In this document: piece by piece, positions 18,686-35,182 of the stretch
How positions within the stretch are numbered: position 1 is the stretch's first letter
Layout: each line of letters begins with the position of its first letter
From: Escherichia phage KEP3
Strand: one strand, 5' to 3'
Length of the DNA: 64,000 bases
Sequence record: PP047753
Translations under genes and position numbers: made by a program
Notes under the pieces: model-generated
What the model was told of the DNA's origin: nothing
The model's input: only the letters and a program-made list of their open reading frames with translations
The model's database searches: none

Positions 18686-19585
18686 ATGTCACAAGCAGAT
18701 ACAAGTTACAAAAATATCCTGAACCATGTTTTATCCGTTGGTGAACTGCGTACTACACGAACTGGAGATGTTATCTCTGCTTTTGCTCCACCTCAGTTTC
18801 GTTTTGATATGAGGACTGGTTTCCCGCTCTTAACATCTAAACAGGTGTTTACACGGCAAGTTATTGGGGAAGCTTTATGGTTCCTGAATGGTGAGAATAA
18901 GCTTGGTGAACTTCGTTACCGTACTTGGGATGAAAATGACGGAGAACGCTGGACTATCTGGTCAGATGATTTTAAACGTTGGTTAAGCTCTAATTATTCT
19001 TCTGAACAAGACTGGTTAGATGACGCAGGTGGGAGAATCTACGGGGTTCAGTGGAGAAACTTTGAAGGTCATAATGGTTGTGTTGTAGACCAGTTAGAGA
19101 CCTTAGTAACGAAGATGAAGGGTGATATTACAGACCGCTACATGCTTGTTAATGCTTGGAATGCAGCAGATATTGCATCCAACTCGATGGCTTTAGCACC
19201 TTGTCATGTTCTGTTTCAGATTTATATCACTAATGAGGGTGAAGTTGACTTACAGTGGTATCAACGTTCAGTAGACACCTTTTTAGGACTTCCGTTTAAT
19301 ATTGCATCTTACGGTTTTATTCTGGAAGTTCTTTGTAAGATGACTGGATACACTCCACGGTACTTGATAGGTGTCTTTGGGGATACCCAGATTTATCAGA
19401 ACCATATGAAGCAGGTTTATGAACTGATGAACAATGAAGAGTTCCATGCACCTACTTTTGAGATTGGTGTACCACTTAACACACTAAGTGACCTAAAACA
19501 CCTTACTGCAAGTGATTTTATTGGTGGCATTTACAACTACCAACATGCAGGAAAGATTGAAGCACCTTTGTCAGTAGGTAAGTAG
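18686..19585 (+). CDS. thyA: thymidylate synthase
   Basis: NAWNAAD...MALAPCHVLFQIY...YQRSVDTFLGLPFNIASYG catalytic region. Confidence 0.8.
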   Translation: MSQADTSYKNILNHVLSVGELRTTRTGDVISAFAPPQFRFDMRTGFPLLTSKQVFTRQVIGEALWFLNGENKLGELRYRTWDENDGERWTIWSDDFKRWLSSNYSSEQDWLDDAGGRIYGVQWRNFEGHNGCVVDQLETLVTKMKGDITDRYMLVNAWNAADIASNSMALAPCHVLFQIYITNEGEVDLQWYQRSVDTFLGLPFNIASYGFILEVLCKMTGYTPRYLIGVFGDTQIYQNHMKQVYELMNNEEFHAPTFEIGVPLNTLSDLKHLTASDFIGGIYNYQHAGKIEAPLSVGK

Positions 19586-19593
19586 AAACAAAA

Positions 19594-19618
19594 AAGGCTC
19601 CTTTTTACGGGAGCCTTA
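19594..19618. terminator. bidirectional terminator between convergent genes
   Basis: GGCTCC/GGGAGCC hairpin flanked by A-run upstream and T-run downstream. Confidence 0.55.
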
Positions 19619-19622
19619 AACT

Positions 19623-19994
19623 TTATTTTTCAGTACTTTTTGTGTTCTTCTCAGTAATAGCTTGGAGGGCTGATACTGATTGAGCCAGATTATTTACACT
19701 GTCAGAGAACTTATCAAGAGTTTTGGTAAGCTTTGCATTCTCACCCTTAACATTCTCTAACTGAACTTTCTGATTCTCCATCCCTAACTGAATAAGTCTC
19801 ATGTCAGACTGTAAATCACGAATAGCTGAATAGTTACTTTTGGTGTAATTATCTAGCTGCTGTAACTTCGTTGTGACAGACACTTCTTGCTTACCACTTG
19901 AAACTTGCATCGTGGTATACATCCCAATAACACTAAAAATACCAACTACAATTGCACCAATATTATTTTTAAAAGCATCCTCTAGCCACTTCAT
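19623..19994 (-). CDS. membrane-anchored coiled-coil protein
   Basis: N-terminal hydrophobic helix then coiled-coil-like sequence. Confidence 0.4.
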   Translation of the reverse strand: MKWLEDAFKNNIGAIVVGIFSVIGMYTTMQVSSGKQEVSVTTKLQQLDNYTKSNYSAIRDLQSDMRLIQLGMENQKVQLENVKGENAKLTKTLDKFSDSVNNLAQSVSALQAITEKNTKSTEK

Positions 19995-20188
19995 TTATTC
20001 TCCCCCTTAAAAGCTTTTTCTAAGTTATCTACGAACTCATCATCAATAGGTGTGTCTGTTTTACTCGCAAGGTATCTTGCAAGCTTAAAGAACACTTTCT
20101 CAATCATGTATTCACTTAGAAGGGATAAAATGAGTTTCCAGAAGAAGCTACCTAGATTTTTTAGAAGAATTGCTAGGATTGTAGGCAT
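19991..20188 (-). CDS. small hydrophobic protein
   Basis: ORF track. Confidence 0.35.
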   Translation of the reverse strand: MPTILAILLKNLGSFFWKLILSLLSEYMIEKVFFKLARYLASKTDTPIDDEFVDNLEKAFKGENK

Positions 20189-20267
20189 TTAATCACCTCA
20201 TCAGCCAAGATGGTGAGAATACCTATAAAGAATATTAACACCATCTTAACAATCAGTCAACAAGGGA

Positions 20268-22817
20268 TTAAGCAGTTCTTACCCAAGCCATTAACTTATA
20301 GAACTGGTTAGTAACACTAAATGCTAAACCAGAACCAGTACCACCTGTGTTACCACTAACTGTGTGGCTGTGAGCACCAATACCAACAGTGTGGCTGTGG
20401 TTACCTGTTGTATTCGTTACACCAGACCAGTTTCTTGATGCGTTGAAGTTGACAGGGATACCATTAGTAAAGTTGTTACCAGTATACCCTTTAGAACCTG
20501 CCTGACTACCGAGGTAGAATGCACCACTTGCTGTGTAGAAGCTACTAGCGTCACTTCTGAAGTAACCAAATGAACCAGTAATCTCCATAGTACCTCTGTT
20601 GTGGTTGTGGTTACCAGTTGTGCTAGAAGTCTTAGTACCATAGTCAAATGATGAAGTAGTAGCAGAGAAGCTGTGCGTGTGTGAAGGTAAGTTACCAACA
20701 GACAGCGTTACAGAGTCTGAACCACCAGTTGTAGCAACATCTGAACCGTTTGCTGCTGCAATTCTAATAGTTCTACCAACACCATTATTCAGGTACGTCC
20801 AAGTTAACCCAGGAAGTGCTGTGTTTGGGTTGACATTACTGTTAAACCACGTCACAATACCTACTGGATAGATTTTATTCAGGTCTGTAGAGTCACTAAT
20901 TGCTTCTGCAATCTTCTGGTCAGTTTCTGCTTTAGTGTATGCACCAATATCTGAAGGGGTTGGTTTTTGCAAACTTGTGTAGTATTTTGCAATTGTACCC
21001 TTCACAATACCTTGTGGAGCATCATCAAATGTCTGTGGGACTTCAAACAACTGTACACTTGCATTACTAGAAGACTGAACCCTTGTCGTTGTGCTGTTTT
21101 GATACGTACCAGCAAGATAGTAAATATCATAGGTGTCTCCAGAAGTATTCACATAACCAATATCCCTGACAATGGTGTTCTCTGATGTTCTCCAAGCAAC
21201 AACATTTAAGCCCTTTGGATTGTTATTTGAAGTTCGCAGAACAATTTCACATTTACCTGCTTGGTTTGGTGTATTAATATTAAAACCTGACCCACCAAAT
21301 ACCTCAATAACAGCAGTGGATGCTGATTGTGGCATCACAACAGTGGCAATTTTAGCCCACTTATCAGTGTTTCCCACATTGAAGCTAGTGCTTCTGATTC
21401 TTAGGTATCTACTATCACTAGCACTTTGCGTAAAGTATCTAGCATCTAAGTTAGAGAAATCTGAAGGTTGAACTTGTCCAGCAATAGTCAATGTTTTGTT
21501 AATGTATGATGTTGTATTCCCGAGAACCAATTGGGTTCCAGAATAACTGTTATTTAGGGTAACATCATGCGTATCAGCACCACCAACACCAATCCACCAT
21601 CTTGATACATTAGTAGTGTCCACACCACGAATATATAATGGTCTATTCTGAGTAGAGTTTTTAACAATCAGACCTTCATTATCCGTAACAACTGTCTGTA
21701 CACCATTAAAAGTATTCCTTGCATTAGTTCTTGCAATTGTACTTAATGTTGCTGCCGGAATATATCTAGAGTCAATGTTAGCCCAATCTGAAGGTTGAAC
21801 TTGTCCAGTGATTCTGACATTTTTATTTGCTGATACTCCAGCAGCATCTAAGACCAAAGAGGTGTTAGTGGTATAGTTGTAGATAGTTACACCAGCACCT
21901 GAACTACCTTTACCAAGATACCATAAGTTTCCACCTTCATAATCTTTTGCAAGTAGATACAGGGATTCGTTTGCTGATGCACATTGCAGTGTGATAGCAG
22001 CAGCATTTGAGATAACACTCATAGTCCTAAATGTGTTAGCACCTGTAAAGGTGTTATTACCAGCTAACTGTGCAAATCTCTGATTAGCAACTGTCTGAGT
22101 GAAGTATCTAGCATCTAAGTTAGAGAAATCTGAAGGTTGAACTTGACCAGTGATTGCTAAAGACTTATTAACAGAGATATTGCTTGCAATAGTCAAAGCT
22201 GAGTTGTATTTGTTATTGTACAGTTTTACTTCATCAGAGCCATTACTACCAATACCAACCCACCATCTAGCTGAACCATCTAAGTTCACACCCTCAATAT
22301 ATTGCGCATTATTTGCATTCTGGTTTCTAAGACGAAGTAAGTTAGCATCACCTTGAATGTTCTGAGTTCCAGAGAATGTGTTTGTGACAGCAAGCCTTGC
22401 ATATCTTGCATCATTCTCTTCATTAGTTCTCATCCCAAGCTCATTAGGGCTTGGTTTATTCAAAGTGTGATAAACAGTTGCCGACCTTGAAGCATCTGCA
22501 ATAGTGAGTTTAAGACCATTTGCATTAATTTTAAAAGTCTTTAAAACATCCCCAATAGTAACCTCAGAAGAGCCTGTTGGGTCAAATACTGCCTTACCAC
22601 CGTAAAGTAACTTGACAATACCTAAATCCCCAACCATAGTACTCCCAGCAATCTGAACAAACCTTTCTAGTTTGAAGGAAGCTAAGAAGTCTTGATAGGT
22701 CATTCTACGGTCTTCGTCACCCAACATTTCAGGTCTTTTCTTAACTCTGATGTGCAATAGGTCTTCTGAACGAATTGTGTCGATTGAGTTTAACTGACTC
22801 AATTTGTAATCTGCCAT
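20268..22817 (-). CDS. tail fiber protein (long)
   Basis: Three internal repeats GQVQPSD(F/W)(S/A)N(L/I)D(A/S)RY; His-rich HxH C-terminal region. Confidence 0.65.
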   Translation of the reverse strand: MADYKLSQLNSIDTIRSEDLLHIRVKKRPEMLGDEDRRMTYQDFLASFKLERFVQIAGSTMVGDLGIVKLLYGGKAVFDPTGSSEVTIGDVLKTFKINANGLKLTIADASRSATVYHTLNKPSPNELGMRTNEENDARYARLAVTNTFSGTQNIQGDANLLRLRNQNANNAQYIEGVNLDGSARWWVGIGSNGSDEVKLYNNKYNSALTIASNISVNKSLAITGQVQPSDFSNLDARYFTQTVANQRFAQLAGNNTFTGANTFRTMSVISNAAAITLQCASANESLYLLAKDYEGGNLWYLGKGSSGAGVTIYNYTTNTSLVLDAAGVSANKNVRITGQVQPSDWANIDSRYIPAATLSTIARTNARNTFNGVQTVVTDNEGLIVKNSTQNRPLYIRGVDTTNVSRWWIGVGGADTHDVTLNNSYSGTQLVLGNTTSYINKTLTIAGQVQPSDFSNLDARYFTQSASDSRYLRIRSTSFNVGNTDKWAKIATVVMPQSASTAVIEVFGGSGFNINTPNQAGKCEIVLRTSNNNPKGLNVVAWRTSENTIVRDIGYVNTSGDTYDIYYLAGTYQNSTTTRVQSSSNASVQLFEVPQTFDDAPQGIVKGTIAKYYTSLQKPTPSDIGAYTKAETDQKIAEAISDSTDLNKIYPVGIVTWFNSNVNPNTALPGLTWTYLNNGVGRTIRIAAANGSDVATTGGSDSVTLSVGNLPSHTHSFSATTSSFDYGTKTSSTTGNHNHNRGTMEITGSFGYFRSDASSFYTASGAFYLGSQAGSKGYTGNNFTNGIPVNFNASRNWSGVTNTTGNHSHTVGIGAHSHTVSGNTGGTGSGLAFSVTNQFYKLMAWVRTA

Positions 22818-22863
22818 TATGAATTTTCCTCTTAAAAGGGGCTATAAAGCCCCTGTAAAGAAA

Positions 22864-24039
22864 TTAAGCTGTTCTCTGCCACACATACACTACAAAAGAT
22901 GGCTGCTCAACACTGAAAGCTTGACCACCACCAACAGAACCAGATGTCCCTGAGTGTGTATGCTCAGAGCTAGAAACAGTAACAGTGCCTGTATGACTGT
23001 GCGAACCAATATTAACAGTGTGGCTGTGAGCACCAATTGCGACAGTATGGCTATGAGCACCAGATGATGCAGTTGTACCTGAGAAGCTATGGGTGTGAGC
23101 ACCAGCTAAATCAGTATACATAGCATTACCAACACCAGCATCAGCAGATGCAGTAATAGCGTTTGTGCCACCCCTATCATTACCCCTCATAGGGACTCTA
23201 TGGTTGTGGTTACCAGCATTACTTGTTGTGCCACTAAACGTGTGAGTGTGAGAACCAGCACTATTAGTCGTTTTTGTACCGTAATCAAAAGTTGATGTAC
23301 TTTTTGAACCATAATCAAAACTAGAGATAGATACACTTGCAGAGTGTGTATGACCACCACCTGTTAGATAGATAGAGTGAGTATGCGCTGGTAAATTATT
23401 ATTTGTTAATGCTACAGTCTGAGAACCAAACGTTGAACCAACAGGTCTAGAATATGTATCATAACCAACTAGTGCTCTACCTTTAGAAACTAACTCCCAA
23501 GTACCTCCACAAAGCAAGTAAGTGGATGGGTTATCAGAGTTAACAGATAGATGAATAGTACCCACTGGATATGATGCTTGGATAGCTTTGTATAAATTAT
23601 TAACTGCTTTCGCGGTAGCATATTTATCAGCATCTTCATTGTACAGATTGGATGTTGTCCAGTTCTGAACATTACTTAAACCAACCTGTGCTTTCGTTGT
23701 GTTATGTGGGTTACTTTTGTCGTCAATATGTTGCTGAATTAAGTTATTCACTTCCTCTGACGACATAATTTGTAGATTTGCTCTTGCCTCAGCAACATTT
23801 ACAATATCTGACAAGTTATTAGCTGCAACTAATTGAAGAGAGTTAATAACATTATCAAGACCTACTTGCGATTTAGTTACACCATGAGGGTTATTCCTCA
23901 AAGATGCGTGAGGTGCTAACAACTGCTCAAGCGTACATCTTTTATCCTCAACACCTTGCTTAAGATGGAAGATATCACTTAAATCAACTGGTAAGGCCGC
24001 TTGTGGCAAGGCACTAATTTGAATTTCACCTACTGCCAT
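22864..24039 (-). CDS. tail fiber protein (short), paralogous C-terminus
   Basis: Duplicated N-terminal NPH(G/N)(V/T)TK(S/A)QVGL(D/S)NV motif; HTHS/HSHT repeats; C-terminal end similar to 20268-22817. Confidence 0.6.
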   Translation of the reverse strand: MAVGEIQISALPQAALPVDLSDIFHLKQGVEDKRCTLEQLLAPHASLRNNPHGVTKSQVGLDNVINSLQLVAANNLSDIVNVAEARANLQIMSSEEVNNLIQQHIDDKSNPHNTTKAQVGLSNVQNWTTSNLYNEDADKYATAKAVNNLYKAIQASYPVGTIHLSVNSDNPSTYLLCGGTWELVSKGRALVGYDTYSRPVGSTFGSQTVALTNNNLPAHTHSIYLTGGGHTHSASVSISSFDYGSKSTSTFDYGTKTTNSAGSHTHTFSGTTSNAGNHNHRVPMRGNDRGGTNAITASADAGVGNAMYTDLAGAHTHSFSGTTASSGAHSHTVAIGAHSHTVNIGSHSHTGTVTVSSSEHTHSGTSGSVGGGQAFSVEQPSFVVYVWQRTA

Positions 24040-24041
24040 TA

Positions 24042-24344
24042 TTAAGCTCCTACATATTCATATGTGTAAAGGTTTCCTGTACTTGTTGATGCAGTCCCTG
24101 TCTCAGATTTAATCAGATTCCATCCATTAGCCACTAAATCTGGTTGCTCAGTTGCATATGAGCGAACTTCACCAACAGTGCCGTTTACTTTATTAAGCAG
24201 GTAGTTGATAATATAGTTGAACCACTGTCTACCCATAGGTTCACCCTTTAAAAGACCTGTCTCTTGAACTTCCGGTGGTGGTAAAACTTTTAACTGGTTA
24301 CCATCAGTATCTACTTCATTTGTAGACCAATTTAAAACTGCCAT
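24042..24344 (-). CDS. hypothetical tail protein
   Basis: ORF track; position. Confidence 0.4.
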   Translation of the reverse strand: MAVLNWSTNEVDTDGNQLKVLPPPEVQETGLLKGEPMGRQWFNYIINYLLNKVNGTVGEVRSYATEQPDLVANGWNLIKSETGTASTSTGNLYTYEYVGA

Positions 24345-25198
24345 TAAGAATTTCCTTCTTGTTGTGATTTATCTTTTCTGCCTTTGACAATTTGTGCAAC
24401 CTCAGCCATGATTCCATATGCACCAGCTGCAATAGCTTCTTTACCAACGATGAAATAGCCACTATTATTGGACCTATCTACAGTCATATAATCATCACTC
24501 TGTGAGTTTGCTGCTCTGTCAACCCTAAAGTAACCATCAATAACACCAGCATCTGCAAGACTACCTACTAAGTTGGACTCCAGAGAGCCACCAGTGTTAT
24601 TTGTGACAAGACCTCTGTTAGCATCAGTTACAAACCAGTTCTCTTTATCATCAACAATAGCAAGTGATGAATCAGCAACCTCTACAGGTGTCCAAGCAGT
24701 CCCATTTAAAGTAACATCTCTTAAGATAACAGCGGAGCCAGTAGTTGTTGCAGAAATCTTTGACAGTGTATATGCAGCATCTAGAACGCTTTTTCTAGTG
24801 TTGATACGGATAACGATACCACCAGTCTTAGGAGTAATATGCTCAAAAATCTGAGAGAAAGTTGCACCGTATAGCGTCATAATTGCTTTTTGCAAGAATG
24901 TTGGGGTGGTGTCAGAGCGTCTTAGGAAGATTTGAATATAAAGCATAGCCCTATATGTTTCATCATCTGCACCTAAAGGTCTAGGAACTTTAATCAGTGA
25001 GCCAATATTATCAAGTTGTTGGCCTACTGACGTCCTGATATTCCTCTCTGTGTGCATCTGCCAGCAAACATCCTCTAGAGTTTGTAATTCATCAGTGATT
25101 GCTTTCAAGATACTTGTATAGATAAATTTATCTTTAAACTGTGTTACAGTCCTTTCATCAAGTGTTTTGTAATAAACGCTATCAATCTTTTCAAACAT
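24344..25198 (-). CDS. baseplate/tail protein (tentative)
   Basis: Position between baseplate and fiber genes. Confidence 0.35.
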   Translation of the reverse strand: MFEKIDSVYYKTLDERTVTQFKDKFIYTSILKAITDELQTLEDVCWQMHTERNIRTSVGQQLDNIGSLIKVPRPLGADDETYRAMLYIQIFLRRSDTTPTFLQKAIMTLYGATFSQIFEHITPKTGGIVIRINTRKSVLDAAYTLSKISATTTGSAVILRDVTLNGTAWTPVEVADSSLAIVDDKENWFVTDANRGLVTNNTGGSLESNLVGSLADAGVIDGYFRVDRAANSQSDDYMTVDRSNNSGYFIVGKEAIAAGAYGIMAEVAQIVKGRKDKSQQEGNS

Positions 25199-25200
25199 TA

Positions 25201-26669
25201 TTACTCCTTAGTGATGGTATACTGACTGCTTTCCCAAACAGTATATTGGTCACCATCAACAGTAATTCTTGCTGTAGTATACTGCCCGTCACTAGGTGGA
25301 ACTGATTGGCTGTTTGATAAGGCTACTTTAACCTCATTAATCTCAATACCTTTAATTACGTCATAGATATATCCATAGATTCTGTTAGGGATAACATCAT
25401 TACCAACCTTAAGAGTTCTCCCATAAGCATTAATACCTTGTACAATACTGTCTCTGATATCCTCTTCAGGGATTGTCAAGCTTTCTTCATCATATAAAGA
25501 GTAAGAGACTTTAACAAATGCGTATTTTGGTGTTGGTCTGCTAAAATAAATATTATGTGCCAAACCACCTAAATCATGGGCTGTACCAAAAATTGAGCCG
25601 TAAGCTCTAATACCAGCAGGTTTTGTATCCCAGATTGCTTGAGCAACATTATCATTTTGACCACCGACTACGACAATCTTAAAAGATTTTGGTGGAAGAC
25701 CTTCTGAGTTCGTCTCTTCAGTATCATTTTCAACACCTGAAGCATCTGAGACACCTTGAACCCTTTTAACAGCAGCTACAATTGCATCCAAAGTCCCTAC
25801 ACCAGTAACTGCTAAGGATTCTAAATACCTCTGTCTAAGTTCTGTGTCAGTTTCTTCGTTTCTACCAGTTGTTAAGTCATACCTGTTATAGATGCTGTCA
25901 AGGCCATCAACAGTGGTTTCAATCTCAATAAGAGTCCCAGCTAAAGCAGGAATAGCACCAACCTCTTCAGCTACTACATCTGAGATAGTTGTAATCTTTG
26001 TAAATGTCAGAAACGTTGTCGCAGTAACAACCATAGGGTTTGTTCTTGCAATAATATCACCCTCATCTTTATAGACTCTTAATGAGGCTCCATCATTGAT
26101 AACTTCTGCTTTTGCTACAATACCACCATTAATAGCCTCTGCTAATTTAGTTAGTAGTGTGGTAATTGTGTCTGATGAGGTTGGTTTATATGAGAAAATA
26201 ACGTTATCAATAATAATAACATAATCTGCATCAGTTCGTAAAGAGTTAACTTCAAGAACAGCTTCAACACAATATGATGGGGTGAGGGTAATATTGTTAA
26301 CTGGATAAAAGATATTTCCAGCAGTACTTCTCAATCTTGTTGTTGAAGAGATGGTAGCACCAGTTGTTCCAGTGAACTCAACCTGACCCCTTGTTGCCTG
26401 AGCAACATATCTGTATACAGCATTCAAAGCTGTGATATCATCAAGGTTAAATCCTTCAGCCTTGTCAATTGTCCCGCCGTCATAGATTTCTGATAGAATC
26501 TCATGTGTATCTGCTAAAGACCTTGCAATTGAAGCTAGGAAGAGACCTAATTGGCTATCTTCAGAAACGTCAAGGTTTGGTGAGATATCTCTAAGAAGTC
26601 TTGATTTGATATTATCAAAAATTTCCTGATATCTTAGAGTTTGTAATCCTGTTGTAGTTAATCCTGCCA

Positions 26670-26670
<1 letters not shown>
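25201..26670 (-). CDS. baseplate wedge protein (J/gp6-like, tentative)
   Basis: Size and position next to gp25-like gene. Confidence 0.35.
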
Positions 26671-32054
<5,384 letters not shown>

Positions 32055-32055
<1 letters not shown>

Positions 32056-32294
32056 TACATTTTTCCTGCTCTTCTAAGTTCGTTGTAAGCAATTTCCTCT
32101 TTATACGACCTCTGAATCTCAAGAAATTGTCTCAATGATAATAAATCAGAGAATGTCATAGCAAAGAGTTGGTCAAGTGTTTCTTTACACCCTTCCATAC
32201 CATAAATAGCAAGCACAAATTTCATCTCGTCTGCTTCTTCATAGGTTGCCTCTACAGCAGCATCAGTCAGTGGTGTCTGTAGAGTGTTACCCAT
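32055..32294 (-). CDS. tail assembly chaperone, downstream frame
   Basis: Starts 2 nt after stop of 32297-32695 in the -1 frame. Confidence 0.4.
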
Positions 32295-32296
32295 GT

Positions 32297-32695
32297 TTAC
32301 TGAGAAGTTAGGCTTTTGAAAATGCTTGCTTCGAAAAAACTTCCGAAGTTTGCCTCCAGCGCAAATGCTAAGTAATCAATAAATTCACCGTAGTTTGCTT
32401 GGAAGTATGTATCAATATTAAGTGGGAAGTCATCAACAGTTGCCCCTTGAAATAACAGGGTAGCCATTTCTTCAAGATTAATTTCTTCAATTCTGTCAAA
32501 ACAAGCTTCAACAAGTTCTTTAAATGGAACCATTGGAGCTTCTTTCTTATCTTTATCAGTCAGGCTTGACAGCATCTGTGCAAATGTTGGAACAACAATT
32601 TTACCCAACTTCATAGACATCTTAATACCATCTCTTGCCCCAAGCAGAACGATATTTACTTTCTTACCATTAATTACTCTAGATTCTGTTTTCAT
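32297..32695 (-). CDS. tail assembly chaperone (tentative)
   Basis: Position between tube and tape measure genes. Confidence 0.4.
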   Translation of the reverse strand: MKTESRVINGKKVNIVLLGARDGIKMSMKLGKIVVPTFAQMLSSLTDKDKKEAPMVPFKELVEACFDRIEEINLEEMATLLFQGATVDDFPLNIDTYFQANYGEFIDYLAFALEANFGSFFEASIFKSLTSQ

Positions 32696-32715
32696 TGTGA
32701 TTCCTTAATACTTTA

Positions 32716-32752
32716 AAAGAAACAAAAAAGGGGAAGACCTTTTAAAGTCTCC
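32716..32752 (-). terminator. rho-independent terminator after tube gene
   Basis: Minus-sense GGGGAGAC...GTCTTCCCC hairpin followed by TTTTTTGTTTCTTTT. Confidence 0.55.
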
Positions 32753-32767
32753 CCCTTATAGGATTTA

Positions 32768-33214
32768 TTAAACACTTGACGCTGGAATTGTAGAAGTGTA
32801 GTCTAGCTTCTCACAACCAAAAATCCAAGTTTTAGAGTTCTGGTCACGACCAAGTTCAATCTGTGGTAATTCCTGCAACCAAGCATTAATACCAGTTGCC
32901 AGAACAGAGCCTGATGGGTCGTAGATTACGAAGTTAGAAGAGATATCTTCTTCAAGTTCCATATTGTCTTGTTTAGCTTGAATTGCAGAAAGCATCTGAT
33001 TAGAGAGAGAAGTCTGCATTAGCTCAATCTCAATAGTACCTGTCTTGTCTGCATTTCTTGTCAGAGCAACCTGACCACCTGCACCTACAACTGGTGTCAC
33101 AAGTGGTGATGTTCTCTGTAGACGTAAGAATGAGTCTGGGGCAAAGCCTTCAATGGCAATACCATTCCAGCTACACACAACGTCTTTAGGGGAATATTGC
33201 TGATACATAGCCAT
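32768..33214 (-). CDS. tail tube protein (probable)
   Basis: 148 aa directly downstream of sheath-sized gene. Confidence 0.45.
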   Translation of the reverse strand: MAMYQQYSPKDVVCSWNGIAIEGFAPDSFLRLQRTSPLVTPVVGAGGQVALTRNADKTGTIEIELMQTSLSNQMLSAIQAKQDNMELEEDISSNFVIYDPSGSVLATGINAWLQELPQIELGRDQNSKTWIFGCEKLDYTSTIPASSV

Positions 33215-33229
33215 TCCAATTTACCTCTA

Positions 33230-34582
33230 TTATTCGTAAGCCACTGTACCTTTCAAGTCAACATCCAAGATAGCCCCTGCTAAGATACCTGCGAAGGTAA
33301 CATCTTTCAGGATACGAGCTTTCTTGTCTGCCAAAGCAACTTGAGAGGCTTTAGGAACATTAACTGTGTAAGATGACAGGAAGTTTCTGTTGACTGCTCT
33401 TTGTAGAGAGGTTTCAATGACTTGACGAATACGGGTAATACCAGTATCATCATAAGTAATCTTACCACCCTTCTGGTTAATTAGCAAGTCTCTCAGAGAA
33501 GTTTTCAGGTCTGATTCTAACCAGTCAACACCACGGATGATATCAATCCATTCCCCACCAGAAGTAATCCCTCTACGAACCACTGGAACACCACCATCAA
33601 GGTCAATAAAGTTACAGTGACGTGCATCTAAAGCTGACTTCTGAATACTTGTCAGAGGTCTCTGATTAGATGGCTGTAGAGAAGCAGCTACACCAGTTAA
33701 CTGTGCGTTACCCCAAGCAATTGAACCTGCATCATACGGAGCACCATAAGCAATATAAGCCATTTCTGGATAGTCTTCTGCTGCTGTGTGATGCCACAAG
33801 CAAACTGTACGAGTGTACTGATTCTTAGCAAGCTGTGCTGGAACATCATTTGCACTCGCTAATTCTGTACCTTGCAGTGCTGCTACATCGGAGTTAGCTG
33901 TAAAGAAAATCTTCTTACGAGCTTGAATCTCAGAAGCCATTGCTAAGACAAACTGTTGAGTTCTGTCTTCTGCTGCAATGAAATACCAGTCAGTTGAATA
34001 CGCTTCAATAGCTGCCAGAGCAGTCGATGCTGTGTCAGCAGTTGTGCTTGCAATTGACACTGTTTGTGCTGTAGTAGTAACCTTCACGAAGTCGTTGACA
34101 CCAGCTTTGGTGATTACCATTGTTGCTGAACCGCCAGCACCAGTTACATTGACAGTAACAAGGTCTTTTACAGAAGGTTCTGCTTCAATCTGAGTTTTAA
34201 GCTGCTGTAGCACCTTCTCAGCAGTATCTTCTGACTGTGAAGTGTACTGGAATGGCTGAGAAACTCCACCGCTCACAGCTACAGTTAAAGAATAGTCGGT
34301 GCTCTCAGTAACCTCATCAGGAATTGATACAGTGTACTGCATAGCACGTCTACCAATATAAAGCTGAGTTACTTTAGGAGTCTGACTCCAAAGTTGTTTA
34401 GCAGCCTTATATGCAGCAGAATTTTCATCGAAATCTTCAGCAACTTCAGTTAAGGAAGTGTAACCACGGACTCTTTCTTCAAAGTTATCTGTTGAAGCTA
34501 AAAATAGTGGCAGCCCAAAACCTTCTCTTGTAGTTCCTGCGGTGTTCAATGTAATATCTACATTAACAATTGGATTCCACAT
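33230..34582 (-). CDS. tail sheath protein (probable)
   Basis: 450 aa major tail gene followed by small tube-sized gene and gp25-like baseplate gene. Confidence 0.45.
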   Translation of the reverse strand: MWNPIVNVDITLNTAGTTREGFGLPLFLASTDNFEERVRGYTSLTEVAEDFDENSAAYKAAKQLWSQTPKVTQLYIGRRAMQYTVSIPDEVTESTDYSLTVAVSGGVSQPFQYTSQSEDTAEKVLQQLKTQIEAEPSVKDLVTVNVTGAGGSATMVITKAGVNDFVKVTTTAQTVSIASTTADTASTALAAIEAYSTDWYFIAAEDRTQQFVLAMASEIQARKKIFFTANSDVAALQGTELASANDVPAQLAKNQYTRTVCLWHHTAAEDYPEMAYIAYGAPYDAGSIAWGNAQLTGVAASLQPSNQRPLTSIQKSALDARHCNFIDLDGGVPVVRRGITSGGEWIDIIRGVDWLESDLKTSLRDLLINQKGGKITYDDTGITRIRQVIETSLQRAVNRNFLSSYTVNVPKASQVALADKKARILKDVTFAGILAGAILDVDLKGTVAYE

Positions 34583-35182
34583 TTATTTTACCCCTTTGGA
34601 GTCTACATCTAGATGGATAGTATATTCTGGTGGCTCTTGTCCTTCTTCGTAAACTAATTCACCATCAACAATGACACGTTCAATAATACTTCCACGTTCA
34701 TCTTTCAGGACTGAATTTTTTACAAGAGTTACAACAAGAGGTGCAGAATTTTCGAAATCTGTATTAAGATAAGTGTAGTCATTTGGGATAGCTCCAGTGT
34801 CTAAAACTGTAGCTCCTGTCTCTTCAAGAATTAAATCTCTGACTGAACTCATCTCTAATCGTTGTTTAAGCTCAAGCATAATACTGTGAGCACCTTTACC
34901 ATTTACCGTAATTAATACTGGAATTTGAAAAGCAATTCTATAGCAAACTACATCATCCTCAACAAACTTATCAAGAACCCAACCATAAGGTGTTGCAGCA
35001 TCTTGACAATATACGGTAATAAATGGCTGGTCAGGTTTTAAACCTTTGTCATTTGAGTTATCAGAAGGGTAAGCTCTAATTACGTTTGGTCTATTATTTT
35101 TATCACGAGCTAGTCTGTGACCAATAACATCCACTAAGGTTCTAACTAGACCTTTTTCAAGTTCTGCTGTTTCTAACTGCAT
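34583..35182 (-). CDS. neck/tail completion protein (tentative)
   Basis: Position between capsid and tail genes. Confidence 0.35.
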   Translation of the reverse strand: MQLETAELEKGLVRTLVDVIGHRLARDKNNRPNVIRAYPSDNSNDKGLKPDQPFITVYCQDAATPYGWVLDKFVEDDVVCYRIAFQIPVLITVNGKGAHSIMLELKQRLEMSSVRDLILEETGATVLDTGAIPNDYTYLNTDFENSAPLVVTLVKNSVLKDERGSIIERVIVDGELVYEEGQEPPEYTIHLDVDSKGVK

